The position numbers and the translations under genes are program-made. A DNA stretch of 50,622 nucleotides, from positions 7,532-58,153 of the forward strand of contig MU271298.1 of assembly GCA_021432655.1 (NCBI GenBank), in the 5' to 3' direction. Below are positions 1 through 12,180 of the stretch, in pieces. Numbering within the stretch: position 1 is the stretch's first letter; each line of letters starts with the position of its first letter. The notes beneath the pieces were generated by a model. That model had not been told where the DNA came from and did no database searches. It saw nothing but the letters and a program-made list of their open reading frames with translations. This DNA is from Atractiella rhizophila. Its lineage: Eukaryota.

Positions 1-824
1 CTCAACGTTATTGTCAGCGGCAACTCCGATGCTGATGCTATTACGGGCGAGGGTGTCATGAATTACTTTAAGTCCGTCCCGACTTTCCTAAAACACATAC
101 CCGCTGGCTGACGGACTTGGACAGCTCGATAGGTTTCGGGCAGGAATGTTTAGGGCAGCATCAAGGCATACCTGAGCAGGCGAATTTAGGTGACGGGAAT
201 GGATTGCTGAATGAAACCGCCGTGATACGCTGGGCTTTCTGGGATTTTGTCTTTGGAACCTGTCGAGAGTCAATAGAGGGTGGCAACCACTTCCGATATT
301 GGGTGCAGAATGGAGGGTCAGCTAACAGCGGAGCTCTGTTTTTCGCGTATGATCTCCCTCTGCCTGGCCGCGCCTCGTTCCTGACTTTGGCTTGACGTCA
401 ATGACAATTTAGGACCAGCTATGAGAAGAACCTCACTTATGGCCACGACATTGTAGACAATGGCTACGATTTTGGACGCGATCTTCTCGTAGGGAACGCG
501 ACTTCTTCAGCTAACGGCACATGGACAAGCACTGGATGGTCCTTCAATACCACAGTGGAATGGGTCGATGGTCTGCTCCCAGTTGGATCGAACGACATCA
601 ACCATGGAATATCCATCGATGGACGAGTCGCAGTCCTCACCGTAAAGGTCACGCACAAGCCTGCTCCAGCCAACGGGTGAGTTTTCAATTGCCTTTCAGT
701 CCAGGTTGGCTCATTTTGCTACAGTGAGACTGGGCACGGAACCAGCACAGCAATTTCTCTGAGCCTACCACTTCCTCTTTTTCTTCTCACTTTCGCTTTT
801 GCGCTTGCGGTCGTATCACTCTGA
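1..824 (+). CDS. 3' part of a spliced gene for a conserved fungal secreted protein of unknown function with a hydrophobic, GPI-anchor-like C-terminus
   Basis: Exons joined over GT..AG introns (~72-124, ~348-411, ~677-724) read LNVIVSGNSD...SIGFGQECLGQH..QANLGDGNG...GTCRESIEGGNHFRYWVQNG..ANSGALFFA..TSYEK..HDIVDNGYDFGRD...INHGISIDGRVAVLTVKV...LPLFLLTFAFALAVVSL*. Stop TGA at 822-824; the 5' end lies outside the window. Confidence 0.75.
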
Positions 825-1076
825 AGTCGTTGTCATGTTGCATTCTCGCCTCCTGATTTATTCACCATAGACACTGATAGACGTCTTCCCTTCTTGACTG
901 TGCATAGTCTTCAATTTGGACATTTTCATCACAGCAAGCTCGTCGTTCATTGGTTCCGTCCAGCATATCATTGTCATGTACTTTCATATTTAATAACATA
1001 GACAAGTTGTGTTCCACATCTGACCAAGCAGTCGAAGGAACTGAATCCCATTAAGAGGAATAATAACATGCCACCT

Positions 1077-2454
1077 CTAGTCGACAAAGCACCCTGGCCA
1101 CAAAATAGTTCAGGGCATATGGAAGAGAGGTACGACGCACTTACACATGTACCAGACTCCCACGCTCCTGTACGGTCTCCAGCTCTTTGACAGCTCCCTC
1201 ATCTCGTCAGGCGTCATGTAAGCACCTTTGACAGGTTTCGCCTTGCTTTTCAGCCGTGATTCAAGTTTAGCCTTCGTGAGTGCGGTCGTCGGACACACTG
1301 GGAAAAGGTCGTTGGGCGAACCCGCTGATTCAGAAGGATCGATGAGGTTCATCGTCCTTGAACTCTTCACAGTGCTCATAACGGTCTCTGGCTCGACAGT
1401 ACCATCAACTTCTTCCTCTGCCGGCTCCTCCGGATCACCTGGCGCGAGAGAGAGAGGCAGTTTGTCTTTGCGTAAGGCCGGAATTACCTGCCAGAGTCGG
1501 TCAGCTTCCTTAACGAGAAACAAGGTGTTAACGACAGATGGATGTGCTGCAAACCACTTCAACATCCCTTTCTGGACACCTAAATCTCCGGGTGGTAAAA
1601 CGTCCGGTCGTTTAAGGGAAAAAATCTTGAACATGTCGCAAGTCCATGGCCTCGTCAACATTCAGTTTCCCGCCGCCTTCTTCGACAAGGAGACATACCC
1701 AATTCCTGCCACATCCTGCAGTCTTTCGCTGATCTCTCTATCCGTCCCCTCCTTGAACAATTTCATGTTCAAGCGCCCATCTTGGAAATGCTTAGCGAGG
1801 TCAATCACAAAGCGTGCTTTGTTGTTGCTCAAACCAGCAGCCCGCAGTTTTGCTACTTGGTCTCCTTCAAGCGCTAGAATTTGTTCGGGATTAGGAAAGT
1901 GATTTGTGCCTTCTTCCGCATCAGGGAAGAAGAGGGCAACGAATTTTTTCTGAACTGATTTTGCGGCGAGGAAGGAGATTTGTTGCGAGATGATGGAAGA
2001 GCAGAGATCCCTATGACAGCGGTCATGATTTCGATTCACTTCACATCAAGAGTTACACTGACCGGAAAGGATTGTGGTGCATCTCCGTCCTCTCAAATGG
2101 TTTGCAAGGGATTCTTTCGAACATCTTCTTCCATCTCCTATCGACCGAAATGAGATGCTTCTTAGCTTCTTCAATATCGAACGGGCCCTTGATGACTGGA
2201 ACTCCTTCGTCGTCAGACTCCTCAAGCACCTTCTTCTTCTTGGACGTCTTCTTGGGGGTTTGCGTTACAGAAATAGAGCCATCCTCTTCTAGCATCTTTG
2301 CTTTCTTCGCTACACGCTTCGGCAGAGGAGCAGACACTTCGTCACCGGCTTCTGTACCCTTGCGCTTTTTTCCATTTCTAGGAGCAACACCGTTTGATAG
2401 ACTGTTTGTGGTCGCCTGCGCAGGGATCCCGGATGCTGAGCGAGTGACGACCAT
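1077..2454 (-). CDS. MAG1: DNA-3-methyladenine glycosylase (HhH-GPD superfamily, MAG1/AlkA-like), multi-exon
   Basis: Motifs [40 protein letters not shown], Hh[28 protein letters not shown] and [16 protein letters not shown] (MVVTRS) at 2454, GT-AG introns, last exon WCFVD* with TAG at 1079-1077. Basic low-complexity N-terminus. Confidence 0.9.
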
Positions 2455-3369
2455 CTTTAAGCCTCCTACTTTCCACAAGCAAGATTGGACTATTATTCTT
2501 TGTCTACTGGGGAGAATTAACATACAATATCGTTTGCGCGATGCACCAGCTAGACTCTTATATGCCTGTGGCCTCACGCGTGTTGCTTGGATTTTCTTTT
2601 ATTTGACTTCGTCAGCAGTCGCGTCCTGTGGCAAATCCAGAATGTTACACGTGACAAGAAAGTGCAACTGGGAGAATCGAGACGAAAATCTACGAAGGGG
2701 CATCAGAGACATGAATATCGGCTACCGCCATCAGTACAATGTTGGTCTAAGGGATGACCACTGGCATGGTATCTCTATCCATCCGAGCTGATCCGACAGT
2801 GTATGATGAATAGAACTGATCCTTTAGTCGGCTAACATCACATTCGTCACATTAGCTCCTATGCACGCTGCGTCTGTGGAAGCGAAATCAGAAATTTCAG
2901 ATATTCGTGATCTGGAAATAGGAAGCTTGTAATCTAAACAGGAATCAGTCGACAAGTAGGCTTGATTACGTGATTTTGAGGATAGCTCAAGCCCTCCACG
3001 CACAAGCCTGCCGCACTGAAGTCAGCAAATGAAATACAACCCTCCATGGGGTATCGTTCATTGCAGCAGTATTAACGTATCGCATCCGGATATCCTAATT
3101 ACCGGAAGTTCAAAGCGGTCAAAGTTAGCAGAGAATGGCCCCAAGCTCACCTCAAATCAAGCGTTTTACTAGACTGGTTTTTCGTGTCTAAACCGTTCAC
3201 TTCATTATCAGCTGAGCTCTCCAACGAGAGGGTAATGGTCGCTGTCCTTTCCTTCATAAAGCGACTCATGTCGAGATGAACATTATGGAATCGTGGCTCA
3301 TGTAACTTTCAGCAGAGCGTGCCTAATAACTGCTAAACAGGAGGCAAATAATGGACGGAAAGTCCTTGA

Positions 3370-5426
3370 CATGTGTGAGGTACTTAAACAGCGTAAGAAT
3401 CACTCAAAGATGCCCCAAAGTCGAAGGGAATTCTAAAGCCTTCGCTGTAGGTGTCTCTACATCTTCGGTTACAGCTCGAAGTTTATGCGAGACTATCTTA
3501 GCTCCTATCAGTTTACTCGTAAGACTGGGAATGAAGCCTAATGTCTTTTATCTTGGAGACGAGGTATAGTTAGGCCATTCTTAGTGCCAGAGTCAAAGTC
3601 GTCACGCTCCGACTGTCTTGACAGTTCTTCCGCTTGGTTTTTGGTCGTTCGCTCGACGTTCCTAGCCGGTGTTCGAGAAGTGTATTTTTACGTTGTTGCT
3701 ACTTATCCTGTTGGGTCTTCCGTGGGTTTTAGGTCTAGAATTACTCGGTCTAGGTTCTCACAGACAACTAGTTTTCGGTGTCGGTTACCGTCAGCCTTTC
3801 TACTGCGTAGCCTGACTTCCACAAATGCTCTCATGTATCGCTTATTTTTATTGGTCGCGCTCCAGTTCGATAGGATTGAGTTGGCGACTTGCCATGCTTT
3901 AACGATTGATAGTTTATTCGATGGAACTAGTGAAGTTTCGGGTAGGAATGAGGCTGTCTATGATGGGAGAACGTAACTACTCACCTGTTTCGAACCGCTC
4001 CGTACAGCGTGTGGGCAGTTGATAATCGGCTCTATACCGAAACACGTGGGAGTAAGGAAGAGGAGTTATTGGCTCTCACATTTAACTCCTGTTAGATTGT
4101 TTTCGTGCTGCCTTGATACAGGTCGATGCAGGTCTCTGGGTCCAGTTCTCGGTAATGTTGAATCCACCGTTCACAAGGGTTTTATTCTTTTTTACAGCTT
4201 AAGACCGACTTCCTAGTTGTAACCGCCTAGACGCGTTTTTCTTGCTCGCAATCAAGGCCATATTGTACGTTAGTCTCGTTCGTCTGCTTGGATAGGGGTT
4301 GGCCGTGTCTTGCCGTTTTTCGCCTTTAAGGTCGTAGGTCGACGTTTTTGCATAGTCGATGGCTCATGACCTGCTCCATGGCGTTCTTATAGACTCGTCT
4401 GTAAAGTGCCTTCTTAGATTTGCTTCGTCTGCAATTCCTGGTTATATCTGTAAGTCCTTTCACGCCAGGGTCTGGGTGTAGTTACTGAGAATGCATGTGT
4501 CGCCGTGCAATGAACGGTGTATCGTACTGTCGGTTACGAATAGCGAGGGAGCATTCTAAGTCCGACCTATCTTTCTAACACTCGTCACCCTAAGTTTGAG
4601 CTGGCAGACGTCCGCTAGGCCGGATGAGCCTTTTGCTGGTTCATTACCTTGTTTAAGTTATCTTTGATAGTGTACCTATGCTTCAATAGTCTTGCCTCCG
4701 CATAAGTATACGTTACCTAGTACCTCCTGACCAACTTCCCCTTCGGTGTAGCAGCTGCCTCCTGCACCTAAGACTGATGATTGACACACTCAAAGACAGG
4801 AAGCGAAGTAAACTAGCTAGGAGTTAGGAACCAACTCGTCAAAGTGCTAGCACGGTAATACACATTCAATGGAAAAAACATTGCAGGCGGAGGTAGTGGT
4901 GATTATAAGGGCTCAAATCCAGTGAGAATGTACAAATATCAGTAACGCACATACACATCCATTAAGCGCTAAAGGATGAGAAGTAAACCGGAGTGAGACT
5001 AAAATCTAAAGGATCGGGCTCGAGAAAGAAGGGAAGCGGAGCCTGTTTTCTGAACATGTATTTTAATATAAAAAAGCTAGTGTAAGTAATATAGGAGTAA
5101 GCATGATACGTACGAAAGTTCTTTCCCTTAAAGTCGGCATTAGCACTCTTCGAGGGCGATGTTTGACCTCCTTGACTTCCCGAACTCTCCTGGACCTCCT
5201 CCTCTCCTGCTTCTCCTCCCCGTCTGGCGTGGTCGAGACCTCTCAAAGACTCCGCGCCTCAGTAGCTCCTCGTGGCCTCGCTACCAAGTTTACTGAATGA
5301 CGACTTCTACCTTGTTCTTACGACTAGAGGTGTTATAGTTATGTAGTGGTTTGACAAAACTGTTCAACCTTGGGCAAACGGCCTTCGTTCTTCGTAGCGT
5401 TTGTGAGTTTTTCTACCGAGCTGTCG
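3370..5426. other. Degenerate TpA-rich tract, probable mutated repeat; contains a Helitron-like 5' end at 4976 on the minus strand
   Basis: High TA dinucleotide density, many stops in all frames, no recognisable protein. The minus strand reads A|TCCTTTAGCG...TTTGAGCCCTTATAATCACC, matching the Helitron 5' region at 41001-40930 (TTTTGAGCCCTTATATCACC). Confidence 0.4.
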
Positions 5427-7045
5427 NNNNNNNNNNNNNNNNNNNNNNNNNAATGAGACCGTGATTCTTACCGGATTGAGATGGAGCAGAGGTTCTATTT
5501 GCTGTAGCCGAAGAAAGTCTTCTGGAATGCTCAGCGGAGAACGAAGTCTACTCAGTGGTCAATATGCTAAAATTGTAACTAAGGTATTACGCACAGTGTT
5601 CGGTAGCAGCAATATGCTGTGAGTGTTGATCACCACGCTCAGGTTGGAGGTGCCGAGTGTGATGGCGGAAAGCAAACTGTCCAGACCACTCTCAGCAGCA
5701 TTACCTTGCATTACGTGACAAAACGCCTACCTGGCGTGTGGGAGAGGACATGCTATCACCAACATATCCAGACGGCTCCTTTCCTTTGATCATAAGCATA
5801 GGTGAGAATAGGATTGTGAAGGAGAAAGACACATGCCAGAAGAATAGGCATTACGAGGGATAGGGCTCTGTGAAGACATTAAGAAATAGTTGTATTTAAA
5901 GGATGACAGACCTCGGAAGACCTGAAGGTACCATTACGCTCATAAGACGCCGTAAACTGAGCTGCTGCAACCCATCTCCCAATCCATGTCCGGCCACAGG
6001 GGAGATGACGTACCCCTGCCTGCGATACTCCCTTCCTCATGATACACATCTCCCATTTCCGTGCTCACACCTGCTCCTCTCACTTCTGATTCCTGATGCG
6101 AGAGATTCGGAGGATGGGGACGGCTGGAGGCGGCAGAGAATCGGAAAGGGGGCTGCTGGCGACGGGGATGTTCAGCTTGTTGGAACTGGCCATCCGGATA
6201 CAAATACGCAGTTGTAGAGCTGGAGGAGACATATTGGGACATTTCTGAGTTGTTAATTTAGTCGTAAAAGTCGTCACGGTCGTTTCTCACAGATGATAGA
6301 CTCGGAGTGAACTTGGCAGTTTATGTTGGTTGGTGGCAAAAAAAAACACAATCATCAACTATCACCATCCTTCGCCCTTCTAAAAACCAATTAAGACACG
6401 TCCTTGGAGAGTCGTTCAAGATGTTTGACTGGGTAGACAATGGGACAGGGGATATCAGTACATGTTCAAGAAGCTAGTGGTTAGAAGTTGGCCTGCAAAA
6501 GAGTGACAGGGAAGGCCATGGGATTACCAGACGACTCAGATGAGAATGGAAGTATTTTCTCCTAATGTAATTGGATAAGGGTCTGTGCAGAATGTGCATG
6601 ATGTTCGATGCTGAAATATGCAAAGAGAAACTGTGACATGTGAAACTTAGTCCAAACTTTCACCAAACTCATCAGAAGCAAAAAAGACACTGAGGCTCGC
6701 TGAGCTGCTTGCGAGCCAGAGTCTCCAAGTCAGATCAGGGTGGAGGTGCACCTCCTCTAGTAGTAGCGGGACGAGCTAGAGTCTCTCTCAGCTACTGCCG
6801 TGCCTTTCGTGAACGACGCGTAGCGCACGTCAAACTTCTGGTGTCGGTTGAACGTTTCGCTCAGATTCCATTGTATATACAGTTATAAGCTCTATTTACA
6901 GCTTACGCAGACTCTAAAATACTGTAGAAAACATGTGAACATCTGTGCTGATAACCAGAAAGAATTTATGAAAAAAGTCAAGTGCGTCGCAACGTCGAAT
7001 ACCGGTTGGAGTCTCTGCTTCAAACCGGGGGATCAGCAGGCAGGG

Positions 7046-10000
7046 TCAAATGATGATGCTTGCACGAATAACGGAGGTCGCCAGTAGCCCATCAGCCTTT
7101 GTCTTCTTCCGAAGCTTGAACAGTCCAGTTAAGGAATGAGCCTCGTTCCCGCCATTCTCCCCTTCCTTCTCATACCACTCTACAAAAGCTAGCTCTTGAG
7201 TCGTCCCCTTCCAATTAAGCTTAAAAAGCAGCTTTACTCGACAAACCTCCATGCCATTATAGCCATCAGCAGCATCAGTTCCATGGAAAGCAACCAAAGC
7301 TGGGTCGAAACGAGGGTAGAGGTCCGCAGAATCATCACGGTACGACTCATCGTCCTTAGGCCTCCAATTTGGATTTGCCCGTAAAATTTCTTTCAGATGT
7401 GGAACCGATCCATCAGGTCGAGGCTGAGGAAGATGTGGAAGCGGAAAAAGGCAGGTCAGGGACCGGTAAATAGCGATGTCTTCAGGGTTGACATAAAACG
7501 GAGCAAGCTTCACAGCATCAAAACGTTGATTGTTTGGAGCGTCAGGAAAAGCTTGAGTATAGAGATATTTGGCAATTTGGAAGGGAAGTTGGATCAAATC
7601 TTCTCTATCTTTGAGCTCGTTTCGAAACTGGCTGTTATGAGCCACTGTGTATCATCCTGAGATTGAGCTGAATGTCCAATTAGAATGCTACATACCTTCT
7701 TTTGCAGGAAAGATCGTTCGAATCCCCTTCACATATTCATCATGGATTGGTGAGCGTGTCTTTTTCTTCCCTCGCTGGAGTGCACTAGTCTCTGAAAGTG
7801 TCGGATGGTCATGAGCTGATAACCAAATTGAAAGGGAGTTTAATCGATAGGCCCGATCGGACATGGTGCAGATTTGACGCTCAACATCGTGACGATTCGT
7901 CCTTCGGTACGGGATTTTGACAAATACAATGTGAAGGTACTCTGAGAGATCCGTAGACAATCCGACCAGATTTCCAAGTGATGAAATGAAATGTGGCCAA
8001 TGCTCTCGCGCATGTTTGAGGGGGAGTTTGTAGCCTAGAAACTTCCCTTTCTCATTCACTCTGACTTCATCAAATACCTGTCGATATTTAAAATAACCGT
8101 CTAGATTATCTCTAAGCTCTTGAAGTGATTGCTCATCGTGTCGCCTAAACTGAATGAGCAGACCAATATTGGTCTCTATTCGATGAATATTTAAGAGGTT
8201 ATCAGGAAGTCCGAGATTGTACAGAATTGCGACAAAGATCTAAACATATGATCATTCAATTATCACACAAATGAGCAAGCCACAAACCTTTCTCAGTTGG
8301 CGCGCATCAGAGGCTGTCCATTGATTGAAGTCAAGACCATTTCCAAAGTAGCGGCCGCCAGAGAAAGGAGGCACAAGCTTAAGCCTATTGAAATGCATTA
8401 ACTCATGGTAAAATATACTATCGATAAGAAATGAGGCGAACCGTCTGTCAATCTCATCCTTTATCTTTGATCGACGGTTGCGACTGTCCTTGTGTGAAAT
8501 AAGATCCATTGTCCACTTGACAATATGGTCAAGATAAGGCTTGTCATTTTGATGCAGTCGATCAGGTGTAAGCATTTGATGAGGATCACCGAGAATCTCT
8601 AAGCCGGAGAGAAAGTTCTAGGTGGTACAATCAATTTACACTCGGAGAGGAACTGAAGAACTCACAAAACTTGGATGTAAGCCATATTTTGCTAGCTCAT
8701 CTTCTTGCAGATTTGCTCTTAGCTCATTACAATGCTTTCCAAATCGAATCCACCCAATCCCAGGTAGCTCCAGCCCGTCATGATCACAAAAGCAGACAGG
8801 GCAATGACCTTGAATTACACCTGCAAGCAGGGTTTGATCAAGGTAATCAGCCATCCAACCTGCAAGAGCTACAACTGTTTTTCTCGTGAATCCATCAGGT
8901 CCAAGCATGAGCCTTCCAGTGAGAGCATCTTGTGGAAGCCGCCAGAAAAGGAATCGCATGCATTCATGAAAGACTTCTCGTAAGAATTGGCGATAGAGAG
9001 GAGTCTTCTTTTCTGAAGGGGTAGCTAAGATGAACGCTACTGAGATAACCGCAGTCAACACTAAAGAGCATACCTTTGGGGATTGGAATTAAGGCAACAA
9101 GTTGATTTGCACCTCGAGAAGTTTTGAGGCGTAGCTCTGTTGAATGATTCAGAAGTCGTAGTCCTAAAGGCCATAGTTGACGATTTCCTTTCTGCACACT
9201 AACCACTGTTTTATCTGAGGAGAAGCAAAGGGCGATGATCGTCAAACCAACGGAAATTTGAGCCTAGATTGCACTTTCAATCATTATTAACCGGTATTTA
9301 GAGATCTTACTTGTTTGTTCCACCACCATGTCCCAGTAAATGGCTCTGAAAATATCTGCTTCCCATTATGGTCCAGTTCCATTACAGGCGCATGAACTGT
9401 GTCATGCTCAAAGGTAGGGTTCCCATACAAAACTTGGACAACATCAATAATATCTTGAAAATGGAAGTCTAGATCTTTCTTCCAGGACGGAGGGACATTT
9501 GCAGCGCATGGGAGTTTGTCGAGTGAAATTGTTGTTTTGTGCCAAGGAATGGGCGGAGCAACAGTGGAGGAGATTTTCTGATAGATCTGGTCCCGGTTGA
9601 CGAAAGGAGAGAGGAAGTTTGGCACAAGGTCAAATATTTGTAGAAGGCGTTTTGTGTTGTCTTTGCTAAGGCCAATATCGTGGACGAAATAGCTTAGTTC
9701 GAACTCCAGTTGATTCGTGAACGGGGTATAAGGATTGGAAAATCGTAACTGATCCTGAAATTGCTTGAATTGAAGCAGATGTGGAGGAGTTGGATAAATG
9801 GCAGCTAGAGGATGAATTGTTAGCTGCGTTCCTTAAATGGATTATAGAAACATGCCTGCATTAGGAAATGGGAGACGCTTAGCCCAGGCTTGAGTAATAG
9901 GAGTGACTGTGGATGCATGATCTGTTTTATTCTTGTCTTGTTTAACTTCAAACAGGTCACTCGTATTCATTTGTAAATGAAAGTGACTGTGTGAAGAATA

Positions 10001-10180
10001 TTCACAATCCTCTCGAACTAGATGTGCGGCACCTTCCCCTTCACCAATACCCTTTGAATTTCTTTCAAAATCCTGGCGTCTTTCTATACCCTTCTCCTCT
10101 CGTTTCCCTAATTGGTGGATGGTTTCGGCGACATGGTCGGCTTTGTAATGGCGGAGGAGACCAGCCTCTGTTCAAATGGG
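7046..10180 (-). mobile_element. Plavaka-family transposase gene (spliced, degenerate)
   Basis: Motifs LYGNPTF..HAPV, IFSEPFTGTWWWNKQ, IIALCFSSDKT..GNRQLWPL.L.LLN, FHECMRFLF, LMLGPDGFTRK..LAGWMADYLDQTLLAGV..GHCPVC, LTPDRLHQ, EIDRRF, STDLSEYLHI.FVK.PYRRTNR, and C-terminal CRVKLLFK..LAFVEWY. The 5' boundary is approximate. Confidence 0.85.
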
Positions 10181-11064
10181 CTTGTGACGGCAGCCAGGGA
10201 ACTTGCATAAAAAATGAAACTTCTTCTGTGGCATATTGAAATCGTAGCTTAAGGCTATAAGGTAGCTAGGAAATGATGTTTATGAAGACGCGTTCAGCTG
10301 CCATGATGTCATGTTCAACCAACATCTAACAACACCGTCCTTATAAACACGCTCACCCTCCACCTTTTCTAGAACTAATCTCCTGCCACTTATCTCTTTC
10401 AACGTCCAAGACAAATACTGCAAAAAATGACGTGAGTTCATTTTCACTCTTGTTGAACTTTCAACTTTTGATATCGCCTCACAGTGCTCGAACTCCCTCA
10501 CCTGCTCATTCAACTCACTGTGAAAAATACTTACTTGAAACGCCAGAAAACATCTACAACATTCATGACCTTCGTACGTATGAATCTGAAAGGCAAAAAT
10601 GGGAAGGTACCTTGATCCATATGCTGTGCAATCTTTAGCTAATATTCTCATTTTGTAGTTAACCAAGTTCAGTATCGACGTCAAGAAATGCCCTCTCCTT
10701 CTAGTCCAACTCCCCAATGGACCATTTCTGTTCCAATGACAGACGAGGGAATAAAGATCAAATTAGGTCCATGGGATGAGTGGAGAAGAAGTGGCTGTCA
10801 AGAATTTCTGGACTGTATGAAAGAAGAGATAATCAAGGCAGAGAAGGAACTTGATAAGGGGAACTTTGAGGAGGCTGAAATGCATGCTAAGTTTATTCCA
10901 TTTTATACTTCAGAGGTTGTCTTCTTTGCAAGGTTTGGTAGGAGGCGGTTTGAGGATGAGAAAGACCGGGAGGATCACATGGAAAGCTGAAGATGAAGCT
11001 TGAAAGGTTACTTGTATCTAATGCAGTTCTATTTCATGACTGAATAAATATGTACTCATTTCAG

Positions 11065-11210
11065 CACTACGTAATAACACTATTCACAGGAGGAAACAGG
11101 AGGACCGGTTGTCCTCTGGAGGATGCACTGTACTTTCAGAGGATTCCACAGATTCAAGCTCCTCCAGAGAGTTTCGGAATGCTCTAAAGTGGCTCATTCC
11201 TCCAGAGCTA
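11065..11210 (+). repeat. Possible CACTA-like terminus with subterminal repeats
   Basis: CACTAC at 11065 followed by repeated CAGGAGGA / CTCTGGAGGA / TCCTCCAGAG motifs in both orientations. No partner end found. Confidence 0.3.
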
Positions 11211-11249
11211 AGCCTGGCTCTTGGTGGAGGTGACTTTTCGCTGATGAAC

Positions 11250-12180
11250 TCCAACCTTAACTCTCTGATTCAGTCAGTTCTCAAGCTTACGGAAACCAAT
11301 TATTACGACTGGAAATTCGCTGTCTCATTGGTGTTGAAGAGAGGTGGTTGATGGTAAGAAGTGAGTGGAGTGGTGGAGGAGCCTTCGGTGGAGGAGACGA
11401 AGAAACTGAAGAACTGGAAAGATGCGAACGAGGTTGGGCTGACGATCGTTGGATTAAGTGTAGATCCATCGCAATTCATCTATATCCGAGATTCAGCTAC
11501 CGGGGCGGCGGCATGTGTTGAACCTGAGGTTCATCAGAGTGACAACGAAGAAAAGATCATCAGTATTGCATGAACGTTGGTGAGGAGTCACCTACCTGAG
11601 GTTCATCAGAGTGACAATGAAGAAAAGATGAACCTCAGATAGCTGAAAACAGACTAAACTGCGGGAGCGGGCGGAACTAACACCAGATGCGATAGCCAAC
11701 TCAAGAGAGCGAAAAGAAAGTGAAAGACGAGAAACATAGTAACTTCAACAGCATGGAAGGCTTTGAAAGACAAGTATGAGAAGAACAGCCGCGCAAACCG
11801 TATCACGCTTAAACGCCGTTTCTATAACGCGAAACACGACCCCTCAAAGCCAATTGAGTCCTAAGTTCAAGAAGTTTCTGCTAGTGCGTCGAATCTCAAA
11901 TTGATCCGGCTCCAGATCCTGATCTGACATTACGGATGTTCTCATTTTCAACCTTGCGGAGGACTGGGGAAACCTTGCTGGAACATTAATGGCGACTAAG
12001 GAAGAGTTGTCCATTCAAGATGTTATTGGTGCTCTCAGGGATGAGGAAGGGAGAAGAGGAGGTTCACGGGAGTCAAGAGGAGGAACTGAGGAGGCACTGC
12101 TCACGAACGCGAGAAGGTTCAGAAGACGTGATCACTCAAATTCCGATTGACAAATCAATTGCTAGGTTTGCGGAGACTTG
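11250..12180 (+). mobile_element. Ty1/Copia gag remnant interrupted by a solo LTR
   Basis: KLTETNYYDWKFAVSLVLKR...LSVDPSQFIYIRDSATGAAA|WKALKDKYEKNSRANRITLKRRFY...ITDVLIFNL.EDW...QDVIGALRDEE, plus a degenerate CxxC knuckle near 12155. Contains stops and frameshifts. Confidence 0.85.
11516..11750. mobile_element. Solo LTR (235 bp) with 5-bp TSD GCATG
   Basis: TGTTGAA...TTCAACA ends with GCATG on both sides (11511-11515, 11751-11755). Removing it restores the gag frame AAA-WKAL. Internal ~36-bp direct repeat at 11522 and 11594. Confidence 0.9.

Noticed and set aside
1228..2791. Long plus-strand ORFs of 224 and 239 aa
   Set aside because: Antisense shadows of the glycosylase exons; Ser/Phe-rich with no motifs.
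10688..10990. 100-aa charged ORF
   Set aside because: No recognisable motif or gene structure, so it cannot be assigned.
11516..11640. Two ~36-bp direct repeats with a ~36-bp spacer, superficially CRISPR-like
   Set aside because: Only two copies, inside a TSD-flanked solo LTR in a eukaryote, with no cas genes.
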